Part shown: piece after piece, positions 1 through 12,699 of the stretch | Numbering within the stretch: the first letter of the stretch is position 1 | Layout of the letters: each line of letters opens with the position of its first letter | Assembly: GCA_963575745.1 (NCBI GenBank) | Contig: CAUYUJ010000143.1 | Coordinates: 1-64,000 of the forward strand | DNA: 64,000 bases | Direction of reading: 5' to 3' | Source: Prorocentrum cordatum | Taxonomy: Eukaryota | Program-made: the position numbers and the translations under genes | Notes under the pieces: model-generated | Database searches by the model: none | What the model was told of the DNA's origin: nothing | What the model saw: only the letters and a program-made list of their open reading frames with translations

Positions 1-997
1 GGGGCCACGAAACGTGTGAGGGGTGTGCCGAATTGGGTGTGCGTGACGCACGCGGGCGGCAACACTGGGGCCTTCGGCGGAGCTCTTATGCGGCCACGAA
101 ACGTGTGTGGGGTGTGCCAGATTGGGTGTGGGTGACGCACGCGGGCGGCAGCACTGGGGCCTTCGGCGGAGCTCATATGGGGCCACGAAACGTGTGAGGG
201 GTGTGCCGAATTGGATGTGCGTGACGCATGCGGGCGGCAGCACTGGCGCCTTCGGCGGGGCTCCTATGGGGCCACGGAACGTGTGAGGGGTGTGCCGAAT
301 TGGGTGGTGGTGACGCATGCGGGCGGCAGCACGGGGGCCTTCGGCGGAGCTCCTAGGGGGCCACGAAACGTGTGAGGGGTGTGCCGAATTGGGCGTGGGT
401 GACGCACGCGGGCGGCAGCACTTGGGCCTTCGGCGGAGCTCCTATGGGGCCACGAAACGTGTGAGGGGTGTGCCAAATGGGTGTGGATGACGCATGCGGG
501 CGGCAGCATTGGGGCCTTCGGCGGAGCTCCTATGGGGCCACGAAACGTGTGAGGGGTGTGCCCAATTAGGCGTGCGTGGCGCATGCGGGCGGCAGCACTG
601 GGGCCTTCGGCGGAGCTCCGATGGGGCCACGAAACGCGTGAGGGGTGTGCCGAATTGGATGTGCGTGACGCATGCGGGCGGCAGCACTGGGGCCTTCGGC
701 GGAGCTCCTATGGGGCCACGAAACGTGTGAGGGGTGTGCCAATTGTGTGTGGGTGACGCATGCGGGCGGCAGCACTGGGGCCTTCGGCGGAGCTCCTATG
801 GGGCCACGAAACGTGTGAGGGGTGTGCCGAATTGGGCGTGGGTGACGCACGCGGGCGGCAGCACTGGGGCCTTCGGCGGAGCTCCGATGGGGCCACGAAA
901 CGTGTGAAGGGTGTGCCGAATTGGGTGTGGGTGACGCATGCTGGCGGCAGCACTGAGGCCTTCGGTGGAGCTCCTATGGGGCCACGAAACGTGTGAG
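1..997 (+). repeat. ~89-bp tandem satellite, array 1 (runs off the window start)
   Basis: The unit GGGGCCACGAAACGTGTGAGGGGTGTGCCGAATTGGGTGTGGGTGACGCATGCGGGCGGCAGCACTGGGGCCTTCGGCGGAGCTCCTAT repeats head-to-tail about 11 times with no unique spacers. Confidence 0.97.
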
Positions 998-1212
998 GGA
1001 GGGTCCGCGGAAGCCGTTGCCATTCGGTTGCCTTATAGTTTCGTTTCGGTGTCGTGTTGGTTTCCGTTTGGTGTCGTTTCCGTTTGCGATTGGTTTCCAA
1101 TCGGTGTCCGTTTGGTTTCTTTCTGAACTATCTCTGGATCCCTTCTAGGTTGCTCTTTGCTTGGCCCCTGTTGGTGGTGGGATAGGGCGGGGTGGCGAGG
1201 GCGCGGCGGGAG

Positions 1213-1556
1213 GTGACGCACGCGGGCGGCAGCACTGGGGCCTTCGGCGGAGCTCCTATGGGGCTACGAAACGCTGTACTGGGTGGGTGAAACGCAGGGA
1301 AGAAGGGGAGGAGGGAGGAGGAGGGGGAGGAGGAGGAGAGGAGAGGAGAGGAGAGGAGAGGAGAGGAGAGGAGAGGAGAGGAGAGGAGAGGAGAGGAGAG
1401 GAGAGGAGAGAGAGGAGAAGGAGAGGGAAGAGAGATGAGAGGAAGGAGAGGAGAGGGATAGGAGGACGACGTAGCGGGGGCGGGGACCGTCTCTTCAAAA
1501 CGAGGACCCAACACCACAGGATGGTTGGGAAATACTGCCACAGGATGGTTGGGAAA
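1213..1556 (+). repeat. Satellite terminal module, copy 1 (last unit, purine microsatellite, 3' hairpin)
   Basis: CGCTGTACTGGGTGGGTGAAACGCAGGGAAG-(GAGAG)n-GGGGACCGTCTCTTCAAAACGAGGACCCAACACCACAGGATGGTTGGGAAATACTGCCA, repeated at ~3690-3913. Confidence 0.85.
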
Positions 1557-1769
1557 AAACATACAAAAACACCTGGCTTCGCAACACTGATGTTCTAAAA
1601 AAGTTTACGCGCGCGCTCTTGCGAAATCTGAAGGAACCATAGGCTATTCAAGATTTCCAAATACATATATATATATACATATCTCTATATATTACATATA
1701 TATATATATATCCTGGCGAAGGACCCAACCATATGCAATTGTGAGTACCGCAGTTGTGAATATCTTCTT

Positions 1770-3750
1770 CGGTGGAGCCCCCTACGGGGCCACGAAACGT
1801 ACGAGGGGTGTGCCGAAATGGGTGTGCGGGGCGCATGCGGGCACACCCACTGGGGCCTTCGGCGGAGCTCCCTATGGGACCACAAAACGTGCGAGGGGTC
1901 ACGAAACGCGTGAGGGGTGTGCCGACATGAGTATGCGGGACGCATGCGGGCACACCCACTGGGGCCTTCGGCGGAGCTCCCTTTGGGGCCACGAAACGTA
2001 TGAAGGGTATGCCGAAATGGGTGTGCGGGACGCATGCGGGCGGCAGCACTGGGACCTTCGGTGGAGCCCCTCTACAGGGCCACGAAACGTGCGAGGGGTG
2101 TGCCAAAATGGGTGTGGGTGACGCATGCGGGCACACTCATTGGGGCCGTCCCCACGGTGGAGCTCCCTATGGGGCCACGAAACGTGTGAAGGGTGAATGG
2201 GCGTGCAGGACGCATTCCCTATGGGGCCACGAAACGCGCGAGGGGTGTGCCAAAATGTGTGTGCGGGACGCATGCAGGCGGCAGCACTCTGGGGCCTTCG
2301 GTGGAGCTCCATTTGGGGCCACGAAACGTGTGAGGGGTGTGCCGAAATGAATGTGCGGGACGCATGCGGGCGGCAGCACTCGGGCCTTCGGCGGAGCTCC
2401 CTTTGGGGCCACGAAACGTGTGAGGGTGTGCCGAATTGGGTGTGCGTGACGCATGCGGGCGGCAGCACTGGGGCCTTCGGCGGAGCTCCCTATGGGGCAC
2501 GAAACGTGTGAGGGGTGTGCCCAATTTGGTGTGCGTGACGCATGCGGGCGGCAGCACTGAGGCCTTCGGTAGAGTCCCCTATGGAGCCAAGAAACGTGTA
2601 AGGGGTGTGCCGAAATATGTGTGGGTGACGCATGCGGGCGGCAGCACTGGGGCCTTCGGCTGAGCTCCCTATGGGGCCACGAAACGTGTGAGGGGTGTGC
2701 CGAATTGTGAATGCGTGACGCATGCGGGCGGCAGCACTTGGGCCTTCGGCGGAGCTCCCTACGGGGCCACGGTGTGCCGAATTGTGCGTGGGTGGCGCAT
2801 GCGGGCGGCAGCACTGGGGCCTTCGGCTGAGCTCCAATGGGCCACGAAACTGTGAGGGTGTGCCGAATGGGTGGGGATGACGCATGCGGGCGGCAGCACT
2901 GGGGCCTTCGGCTGAGCTCCTAGGGGGCCACGAAACGTGTGAGGGGTGTGCCGGATTGGGTGTGGGTGACGCATGCGGGCGGCAGCACTGTGGCCTTCGT
3001 CTGAGCTCCTATGGGGCCACGAAACGTGTGAGGGGTGTGCCGGATTGGGTGTGGGTGACGCATGCGGGCGGCAGCATTGGGGCCTTCGGCGGAGCTCCCT
3101 TTGGGGCCACGAAACGTGTGATTGGTGTGCCGAATCGGGACATCGCGGCGTCGTGACGCATGCGGGCGGCAGCACTGAGGCCTTCGGCCGGAGCTCCCTA
3201 CGAGGCCACGAAACGTGTGAGGGGTGTGCCGAATTGGGTGTGGGTGACGCATGCGGGCGGCAGCACTGGGGCCTTCGGCGGAGCTCCTATGGTGCCACGA
3301 AGCGCTTGAGGGGTGTGCCGAATTGGGTGTGGGTGACGCATGCGGGCGGCAGCACTGGGGCCTTCGGTAGAGTTCCCTATGGGGCCACGAAACGTGTAAG
3401 GGGTGTGCCGAATTGGGTGTGCGTGACGCATGCGGGCGGCAGCACTGGGGCCTTCGGCGGAGCTCTTATGGGGCCACGAAACGTGTGAGGGGTGTGCCGA
3501 ATTGGGTGTGGGTGACGCATGCGGGCGGCAGCACTGGGGCCTTCGGCGGAGCTCCTATGGGGCCACGAAACGTGTGAGGGGTGTGCCGAATTGGGTGTGG
3601 GTGACGCATGCGGGCGGCAGCACTGGAGCCTTCGGCGGAGCTCCTATGGGGCCACGAAACGTGTGAGGGGTGTGCCGAATTGGGTGTGGGTGACGCATGC
3701 GGGCGGCAGCACTGGGGCCTTCGGCGGAGCTCCTATGAGGCTACGAAGCG
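1770..3750 (+). repeat. ~89-bp tandem satellite, array 2
   Basis: Same unit, about 22 copies, more diverged at the 5' end. Confidence 0.97.
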
Positions 3751-3913
3751 CTGTACTGGGTGGGTGAAACGCAGGGAAGAGGGGGAGGAGGGAGGAGGAG
3801 GGGGAGGAGGAGGAGAGGAGAGGAGAGAAGAGGAGAGGAGAGGAGAGGAGGACGCGGGGACCGTCTCTTCAAAACGAGGACCCAACACCACCGGATGGTT
3901 GGGAAATACTGCC
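3690..3913 (+). repeat. Satellite terminal module, copy 2
   Basis: Near-identical to 1213-1540 but with a shorter (GAGAG)n tract. Confidence 0.85.
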
Positions 3914-4157
3914 AAACGGGCTTCGCGCGCGCGCAAATCGAAATCTTTCGAACGCCCTCACGCGCGTGCCGTCGCGAGAATCCTTTTGCAAAAAAACGGG
4001 ACGAAGCGCAGACGCGCGCGTCGTCGCGCGCGCATACCGAAATCCTTCAAAAACCTTCGGTGTCGGAAGGAATTCCAAAATCGCGTGTCCCAAAAAATAC
4101 ACAAGCACCAGGTTTCGCAACACGGATTTTCAGTCAAAGCGTGCGCGCGCGCTCTTG

Positions 4158-4713
4158 CGTCGTCGTCGTCATCGTCGTCGTCGCCGTCCTCCCTCCTCCT
4201 TCGTCGTCGTCGTCGTCGTCCTCTGTCTTTCCTTGTCGTCGTCGTCGTCGTAGTCTTGGCGTCGTCGTCGCTTCCGTCGTCGTTGTCGCCGTGGTCGTCC
4301 TTCCTCCCTCGTCGTCTTCGTCGGCGTTTCGTCGTTGTCCCTCCTATTTCGTCGCCGTCGTCGTCGTCGTCGTCGTCTTCCCTCCTCCCTCGTCGTTGTC
4401 GTCGTCGCCGTCGTCGTCCTCCCTCCTCCCTCGTCGTTGTCGTCTTCGTTGGCGACGTCGTCGTCATCGTCGTCATCGTCGTCTTCGTCGTCGCCGTCGT
4501 CGTCGTCGTCGGCGTCGTCGTCGTCGTCGGTGGCGTCGTCGTCGTCGGGGTTGTCATCGTCGTCGTCGTCGTCAGCATCGTCGTCGTCGGTGTTGTCGTC
4601 GTCGTCGTTGTCGTCGTCGTCGAAGTCGTTGGAGAAGTCGTCGGTGTCGTCGTAGTCGTTGTCGGCGGCGTCGTCGTCGTCGTTGTCGCTGTCGTCGTCG
4701 GCGTCGGTGTCGT
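4158..4713. repeat. Degenerate (GTC)n microsatellite
   Basis: Read directly. Similar tracts lie at ~10725-11085, 49075-49265, 59965-60115 and 63822-63885. Confidence 0.95.
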
Positions 4714-5454
4714 TGCCAAGTGCCATTTGGTACCCACCGTCACGGTCTTAAGAGGTCTTGCGACCAAGTCGCGGGTGGGAGGGTAGGATGTTTGCACGAG
4801 CAGTGGGAGAGGACAGCTTCAAGTTGAGCAAGTGATTGACTGCACCACTTAAGACTGCACCACGTAGCTTGCACAACATTGGTTGGAACACATAGGTTGC
4901 ACCACGAGGACTGCACAACATATCTGGCATCACGTAGTGCACAATACACACTGCACCACCACACTATGTATATTCTTATATACATACGTATTTTGTAAAA
5001 CACAGTTTGAACAACCTAGATTGCACCATACAGAAAATGCATTGCTAAAGCACAACCTGCATGGGGTTCACACTGGATGTTGTGTATATATACCCGTTAA
5101 ATTATGGATCTACAAATGTATATATACATATATCTGTATATGTATATATGTATGCGTGTATAGATATGTGTGTCACGCCCGGATGCGTGGCCGTGGCCGT
5201 TGCACTTGACGTTCTCCGCCTCGACGCTGCGCGCGAGGCCGCGACCGCCAAAAAGTATGTGTTTGTGTGTATGTGTGTGCGTGTGTGTGTGTGTGTGTGT
5301 GTATGTGTGTGTCCGCCACCGTGACCTGTGCACGTTGAGGCGTGGAAGAATGCCGAATGCTGTCCGGCAGGGCCTCTGTAGCCTACTCACAAACCCGAAA
5401 TTCCCAACGTCGCGCCCCCTCGCGTGCACCATCCCTGATCCACCCGTACTCGTG

Positions 5455-6060
5455 GGAGCCCATGGCTGGCCAAGACGCCCCCCGGGCGTCCTCGAAGGCG
5501 TCCAAAACGCCCAAAACGGCCTCCAAGACGGACCTGGCAGGCCACCAGGGCCGCCAAGATGGTCCAAGAGGCCTCCATGACGGCCTCTGATGGCCTCCAA
5601 ACTGCCCAAGAAGCATCCAAGACGGCCCAAGAGGGCTCCAATAGAGCCTCCAAGAAAGCCCGCAGATGCGCGAATCATTGACTTCCCGTAGGTTCTTGGA
5701 AGACTGTCGCTTTCTCTCCGTTTCGAGCTTTCGTCGGCTCAAGACAGCCCAAGAAACCTCCAAGAGCTTTCTATGTCAGCTCAGGAGGCACCCAGAGGGC
5801 CCCAAGACGGCCCAAGAGGGTGACAAGATGCCCCGAGAGGATCCCAAGTCGGCCCAAGAAGGCACTTATACGGCCCTCAAGGTTCCCCGGGCCCCAAGGC
5901 GACCCAGAGACTCTGACAGCGCCCATACGATCCAAGAACGCCCTCAGACGGCCCAGTGAGCCCCCAAGAGCCCCCAAGGCGCCCCAAGGGAGCTGCCAAC
6001 AGGCACCAGGAGGCCCCCAAGAACCCTGCAAGAGGCCCCCACCCAAAACCTTCAAGAGGC
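5455..6060 (+). repeat. CCAAGA-rich dispersed repeat
   Basis: Dense CCAAGA/GGCCCAAGA/CTCCAAGA subrepeats, the same family as 37511-38492, 40028-41134, 58960-59560 and 61427-61910. Confidence 0.8.
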
Positions 6061-6444
6061 CCGATCACAGGTGACGGCCTCGCGTGCGCCCTCAGATAGT
6101 AGCCACCCAGCATGCTTGGACTGTCCCAGTGGCGAGACTGTGCCGCAGCAGCTAGATTGTTACACATAGATCTAGACCTATGGATGTATTTACATACATA
6201 CCTATAAATAAGTGCACATGTATACGTATGTAAAACACACATATACATATAGGTATCGATAAGTGTGTGTGTGCGTGTAAAGATGTAGGTCGGACTAGAC
6301 ACACGTACATACATGCATGCATACACGCATACATGAGCACACTCATCCAGACGTGCACTCATGCATAATACATGCATACATTCATACATGCATACCTATA
6401 CGACCACCCTTCGGGTGATAAGGAGGTTCGGGGGGGGAACCAAT

Positions 6445-6903
6445 GTCTCACTCGATCGGTCTCACTATCGATCTCAGTATCGATCTCACTATCGGTCTCG
6501 CTCGATCGATCTCACTCGATCGATCTCACAATCGATCTCACTCGATCTATCTCATTCGATCGATCTCACAATTGATCTCACAATCTATCTCACAATCGAT
6601 CACACAATCGATCTCACATTCGGTCTCAATATCGATCTCACTATCGATATCACAATCGCTCTCACAATCAACGTCATCATCATCATCATCAACATCATCA
6701 ACATCAACATCATCAACATCATCACCAACATCGTCATCATCATGAGTGCACCGTCATCATCATCATCATAAACATCATCACCATCATCATCAACGTCAGC
6801 ATCATCATCGGGACAACATCATCAGCAGCATCATCATCATCACCATCATCATCTCATCATCAACATCATCATCATCATCAGCATCATCATCATCGGGACA
6901 CAG

Positions 6904-6939
<36 letters not shown>

Positions 6940-7525
6940 GTAGCATCATCATAATCATCATCATAATCGGGGCACCATCATGATCACCATCGTTCTCATC
7001 ATCAACATTATCATCAACATCGTCATCATCCTCGGGACACCATCATCATCATGATCATCGCATCATCATCGACATCATCATCAACAACATCATCATCATT
7101 GGGGCACCATCATCATCATGAGCAACATCATCATCAACATCGTCATTATCATGATTATCATCATCGGGACACCATCAGCATCACCATCATCATGATCACC
7201 ATCATCATCATCAGCATCATCATGGGGACACCATAATCATCATCAACATAATCATCATCTACATCATTATCGCCGTGACACAATTTCCATCAACATCATC
7301 ATCACCAACATCATCGGAATCATCATCATCATCATCATCGGGACACCATCATCGTCATCATCAACATAATCATCATGAGCATCATCATCCTCATCATCGG
7401 GACACTATCATCATCATCGACACCATCATCAACATTATCATCATCTTCATCGGGACACCATCATCATCATCATCATCATCATATCATCATCATCATCATC
7501 ATCAATCAACTCATCATCATCATCC
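6445..7525. repeat. CGATCTCAC minisatellite grading into a (CAT)n tract with recurring CGGGACAC units
   Basis: Read directly. Confidence 0.9.
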
Positions 7526-8774
7526 CTCGCGGGACACCGCGGTACAAATCTGGACCGCGACACCCGCGGACATCCGGGGAAACGCACAGACACCGCGGAC
7601 AAACGCGATCTGCGCACAAAGCCTGGAACTGCTGCAGTCCGGCCGCGCCTTTCAGCACACAGACCACCATCGGACACCAGGCGGACAAACCGCGGCCCCC
7701 GGCGTCGCGCGTGCAAGGTGTCATTTTGGTCCGGCCGCGCCTCACAGCCACAGAGACTTTCTCTCGCCCGCCCACGCAGCTTCGCCTCGCCCGCACGGCA
7801 CGCACGAACACGAAACCGAAATCGATTTCCCGGTAGGGGGGCTCTCCGTTCCACTTCGATCTCACCCCCTCACCTCCGACATACATGCACGCACACATGC
7901 ATGCATAAATACATGCATGATGCATGGGTACACACTTACGTATGCACATGTATATAAATACCTAAAGAAACACATACATATATACCTGCATACATACATG
8001 CATACCCATACATATATATATATATATGCATACACCTGCACATACATTCATATATACATTCATATATGCATACATGCATGCATGCATACATACCTGCATA
8101 CATACAGACATATATGTATACATATATACATGTCTGCATACATATACACCGACATACGTATACGAATAAGCGCATGAACGTGTATGTGTGTATGCCTACA
8201 TGTACAATTGTATGTATGTACATAGTTATGCATGTGTGTATGCATGGATGTGTGCATGTTTGTATGGGTGTGTGTATGTATGTATGTAGGTATGTTACTG
8301 GTGGTTCAAAGATGGGGTCCTCAGGTACGGGGCCCTTAGGACGAGGTGTCTGAACCATTGTAAATCTAACCTTCGACCCATCCCGATCTAGGACCCCATC
8401 ACTCGGTGCACCATCTTTGCACTGCCGATGCTGGCCCCAGGGAACCTTAACATATCCACACCCATCGCCTGCCGAGATCCCCGAAGCTCGATCTCCCAGG
8501 CGGCGGTGACGGATACAGTGGAGGCCAATCCACAAGAGAACCACCGCAAGAAACCCAACCCTGAAATCAGCCGAGGTTGATTGGTCCATGATCTGCGTTC
8601 TTGCACTTCAACTGCAAACGACGAAACCTAGGATACCCTGGCCCGTGGGGTCTCTTGACCGCTGGCGTGGCGTAAAGCAATTGGACATCAAGGAACCTAA
8701 AGGCGATCGAACATGCTAGCTTCGGGCTTGAGCAAACAGGAAGGTGGCGACTTCTCATTGTGGAAATAAGTTTT

Positions 8775-9450
8775 GCGCCCCTGCGGGGCAAGCGCCGCAC
8801 AGGGGACCCAGAAGCGGGCGGGTCACCCGAAAACTGGTCGAGACAAACCTGCTGTTTCACTTGCACCCTGGGCCTCATCATGAGTTAGTGCACTCCGACC
8901 CCGTACAGTCGGGGCGTTGACCTAAGGAACCCTAAATAAGGAACGAAGCCCCTTTTTTTCACAAGTTAACCTTCGACTTGCAACCAAAAATTTCAGGAAA
9001 ACATTGGGCAAGGTGTGAAACAATTAAGGAACACCGAGCCCCTCCCCAACGAAAAGGGTTCCTTCTTCAGCGCCCCGACTGTAGTACGCTTCCCCTGTGG
9101 AGCGCGCGCCGCGCAGGTGACCCACCAGCGGGTGGGCCACTTGAGGGATGATTCAAACAGACAAATCTTTTCACTTGCACCCTGGGCCTCGACATGAGTC
9201 AATGCATTGAATTCCGTGCGCTTCCCCGGTGGAGTGCACGCCGCGCAGGTGACCCACCAGAGGGTGAATCCCTCTAAAACTGCTTGAGAGAAACCAACTG
9301 TTCTACTTGCATGCTGGGCCTCGACCCAAGTTGGTGCATCCTGATTCCTCGCGCTTCCCCTGTAGAGCGCGCGCCGCGCAGGCGACCCACAAGCGGTCGA
9401 TCACCCGAAAGCCGGCTGAGACAGACCAATTGTTTCACTCGCGCTCTGAC
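8775..9450 (+). repeat. ~130-bp diverged tandem repeat (about 4 units) interrupted by a MITE
   Basis: Recurring GCGCTTCCCC...GCCGCGCAGGTGACCCAC...TTTCACTTGCACCCTGGGCCTC. Confidence 0.75.
8906..9081. mobile_element. Tc1/mariner-like MITE family A, copy 1
   Basis: TIR CAGTCGGGGC...GCCCCGACTG with TA on both sides. Copies at 19328-19503 and 22761-22936. Confidence 0.9.
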
Positions 9451-9456
9451 CCTCAA

Positions 9457-9688
9457 TCGGGGATCTTCTGACCCGGGTCAATCCAGACCCGGGTCAGCAG
9501 GAAACCAAAAACTGCAATGCAGGAAAAAAAAAACTGCAACGCAGATCTCCGCAAACCCGGGTCAGCCAATGTGCGCGGCCGCCCCGCGGCCACGACCGGC
9601 TCGCTAACCCAGGTCAGCCAGAGGGGGCCTTCGCAGGATCCTGCAGGACCTGGCGCCTTGGCTGACCCCCGTTTGCATGGACCCCCGT
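9457..9688. mobile_element. MITE family B (TCGGGG...CCCCGW, 5-bp TSD), free copy
   Basis: Flanked by a perfect CTCAA direct repeat (9452-9456 and 9689-9693), with internal CCCGGGTCAGC subrepeats. Relatives at 39949-41257 and 42210-42379. Confidence 0.85.
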
Positions 9689-11299
9689 CTCAAGGCTGCC
9701 GACCCAAGACGAGCGGGCACCTTCCGGCTCCACGGAGCGCGCGCCGCGCCGCCCGCGGAGGGGACCCACCACCAGGACACGAGCGAAGACTGGCTGGGAA
9801 CAACAGCCCGTTCCGCTTGCATCCTGGGCTTGCCGAGCGCTTGGGCGTTCGGCCACGCGCCCCGAACGCGCCGAGGCTGCCGCGCCAGACTGACGCACCC
9901 CCACGAGCGCGCGCGCTGTGAACAGACGGAGCCGCGGGCGAAGAAACGAAATGTACCCTACATGTCTAGAAGTTTCTTGGAGCTTCGGCCGCGCGCACCG
10001 AAACGCACAGACGCCTGGCAAACCCAAAATGCCCTTGAATTCGCAGTTTCTTCGAGCTGGCGAAGACCTCCCACGCCGACCGCAAGCCCAAGAAGAAACC
10101 CAAGGGACCCCGACAAAACAGAAGGTGCTTCTTGTCATGCGCCCCCACTGTATATCGACGCCTCGGATGTGGAAGCACGGGAACGCCGCCGCCTGAAACT
10201 CCCGCCGCCCCCGCAGGCTCGCAATAGTTCCTTGACGTTGGCCTCCAGCGCCTTCTGTCGGGCCCGGGGGGACATCCGGTGTGGATCCGAAGCGAACATC
10301 TGGCCGCAGGGGAGCCGCGGATTTACAAAATCATATCGGTGGATGTCAGTGGAAGTCGCGACGGAGGGTTATGTGCGGTTTTCGGGCAGCGGGGGCTCTT
10401 ATATACCAAGCGCTACTGGGGCTGTTAACAGAAGCACCCCGGGACGAGAAAGCATGTCCGAAGGCCGCCTGCAAAAAAACAATCATGACATCGGACATCT
10501 GCGACAGAATGATGGGCCCTTTCCGAAACACTAACTTTTAGCAGGGAGGTCTCCAGAAATTCACATTAGTGGCAGGGTGGACCCAGGAGGGGGCCATTTG
10601 GTCAAAGGCTACGCGAAGGGCCTGTAGAGGTACAGGAACATCATCGGGAGCGCGTACTCTTCGTCGCCCTTGGCCGGTGCGCGCGCGCTGCCGCCGCAGC
10701 CGCCGCCGCCGCCGCCACCGCCGTCTTCGTCGTCGTCGTCGGCATCTTCGTCGTCGTCGTCGTCGTTGTCGTCGTCGATGTCGTCGTCGTCGTTTTCGGT
10801 CGACCGTCTTCCGTCGTCCGTCGTCCGTCGTCGTCGTCGTTTTCGGTCGACCGTCGTCCGTGGTCCGTCGACCGTCGTCGCCGTCGTCGTCGTCGCCGTC
10901 GTCGCCGTCGCCGTCGCGGTCGCCGTCGTCGTCGTCGTGACCCTCGTCGTCGTGACCGTCGTCGTCGTGGTCGTCGTCGTCGTCTTCCGTCTCCCGTCTC
11001 CCGTCTCCCGTCTTCCATCGGCCTTCGTCCGTCGTCCGTCCGTCGTCCGTCGTCCTTCGTCAACGTCGTCGTCGTCGTCGTCGTCTGCTTCGTGGCTCGG
11101 GCTTCGACAGACGGGCTGTCGCGGGCCCCTCGCTGCGACTGCGCGCCACGGCGGCGCGCGAACCAGCGCGGCACCATCGGGCGCGCATGGAGCGCTCGCG
11201 AGCGCGGCTGCTGCTGGCTGCCCTGGGCGGTGCGCGAGGAGCGCGACCTGGCCCAGAGGCGAGAGGCGGCGGCGACCCTACTGGACCGCCACCACTCGA

Positions 11300-11533
11300 G
11301 CAGGGACCGACCGTCCCGGCATTCATATCGGCCTACCACGACATGTTCGTAGAACCCAAACATAGTCTAAGAACGAAAACACTGTTCTTAGAACATGAAC
11401 CCGACGTGTTAAAACAAGACAGTCCCAGCCAGAAATGTTCCAAGCACATTTCGTGGAAACCACAACAAAAGGGTTCTTAGAACATTGTTCGGTAGGCCTA
11501 TCGGCGAACCAGGACGCTCCGCCACTGCCTGAG
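11300..11533 (+). repeat. Dispersed repeat, second copy at ~50797-51160
   Basis: Shared GGGACCGACCG...TGTTCTTAGAACATGA...AGGACGCTCCGCCACTGC. Confidence 0.75.
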
Positions 11534-11631
11534 CCACGGCTACTCTTCTGGCAGCGTGGCGCCCCACGGCGAAAGGGGGGCGCTTCTCCACGCGCGACGG
11601 CTGCCAGGGCTGGGTCTGGAACGACACTGAA

Positions 11632-11667
11632 GTCGGGCCTGTCCCCCTACAGGAGGGATTTTCGACG

Positions 11668-11728
<61 letters not shown>

Positions 11729-11885
11729 GGACTATTTTCTGCATATTTTTGACCCTTTTGGATTAATCTGGGGAGATTATTAATTTTTGTCGACTATGCT
11801 TTAAAGATTTTTGGCAATTTTGGACAATGCTGAGGGTATCTTATATTTGTCGTCGAAATCCCCCTGCAGGGGGACAGCCCCGACC
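11632..11885. mobile_element. MITE family C (TIR GTCGGGCCTGTCCCCCT..AGGGGGATTTTCGACGA) with internal poly(A)
   Basis: ~35-bp imperfect TIRs. Second copy at ~42814-42997. Confidence 0.8.
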
Positions 11886-12699
11886 AAAAAAGACACGAGG
11901 CGCGCCAGCGCAGGCCTGGCGCAGGGCGTGCGGCCACCGCCTCGGGCCGCCGGCCCCTCGTGGGAGGGGCTGGACCCGGAGAGGCCAGCGCAGGGAGAAG
12001 GCGGAGGAGGAGGAGGAGGGAGGAAGGAGGATGTAGGCGGAGATGAGGAGGTAGAGGAGGGAGGAGGAGAGGTAGAAGGAGGAAGGAGGATGGAGGAGGA
12101 GGAGGAGGAAGGGAGGAGTAGGAGGAGTGCGGGAGGCGAAGGAGGATAGAGGTGGAGAGAGGATGGGAGGAAGGAGGAGGAGAGGGAGGAGTGGAGGAGA
12201 GGAGTATGGGAGGAGGAGGAGGAGGAGGATGAGGAGGAGGAGGAGGAGGAGAGGGGCGGGGGGAGGAGGAAGGAGAAGGAGGAGGAGGTAGGAGGAGAGG
12301 AGGGAGGAGTATGGGGGTATGGAGTTATTGGCGGTCGGGCGTGAGGAGTCGTGCGGGCGAGGGTCTTGCTGCTTAAGGCGCGCTTGTTCGTCGTCTGCTT
12401 CTTATCGTCTCCCGCTGTTTGCTTCTATTCTTCTTCTTCTTCTGCTCGTGCTTCTTCTCTTCCTCTTCTTCTTCTCTTCTTCTCTTTCTTCATTCTTCTT
12501 CTTCCTTCTTCTTCTTAGACTTCTTCTTCTTCTTCTTCTGACGCTTCCTTCTGCGGTCTGTATCGCTTCCTTCTGTCTTTTTCGTTCTCTCCCCGCGCTA
12601 TCAGCTCCTAGCTTCCACGCCGCCCCCTCAGAGACCTCCGGAAGCAGGGCGAGGCAGCACCCTCCGACTGCTCTGCATAAAAAAACGACCGCCCCACCC

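Noticed and set aside
1..3750. CRISPR-like regular repeat array
   Set aside because: Units are contiguous ~89-bp copies with no unique spacers and no cas genes, in eukaryotic context.
264..8589. Many ORFs in satellite, (GTC)n, (CAT)n and (CATA)n tracts (likewise the poly-E/G/P/R ORFs elsewhere)
   Set aside because: They are open on several frames and strands because the repeats lack stops, and they have no globular content.
9677..10534. 285-aa plus-strand ORF
   Set aside because: No recognisable motifs or codon bias, and it begins inside a MITE, so it cannot be supported.
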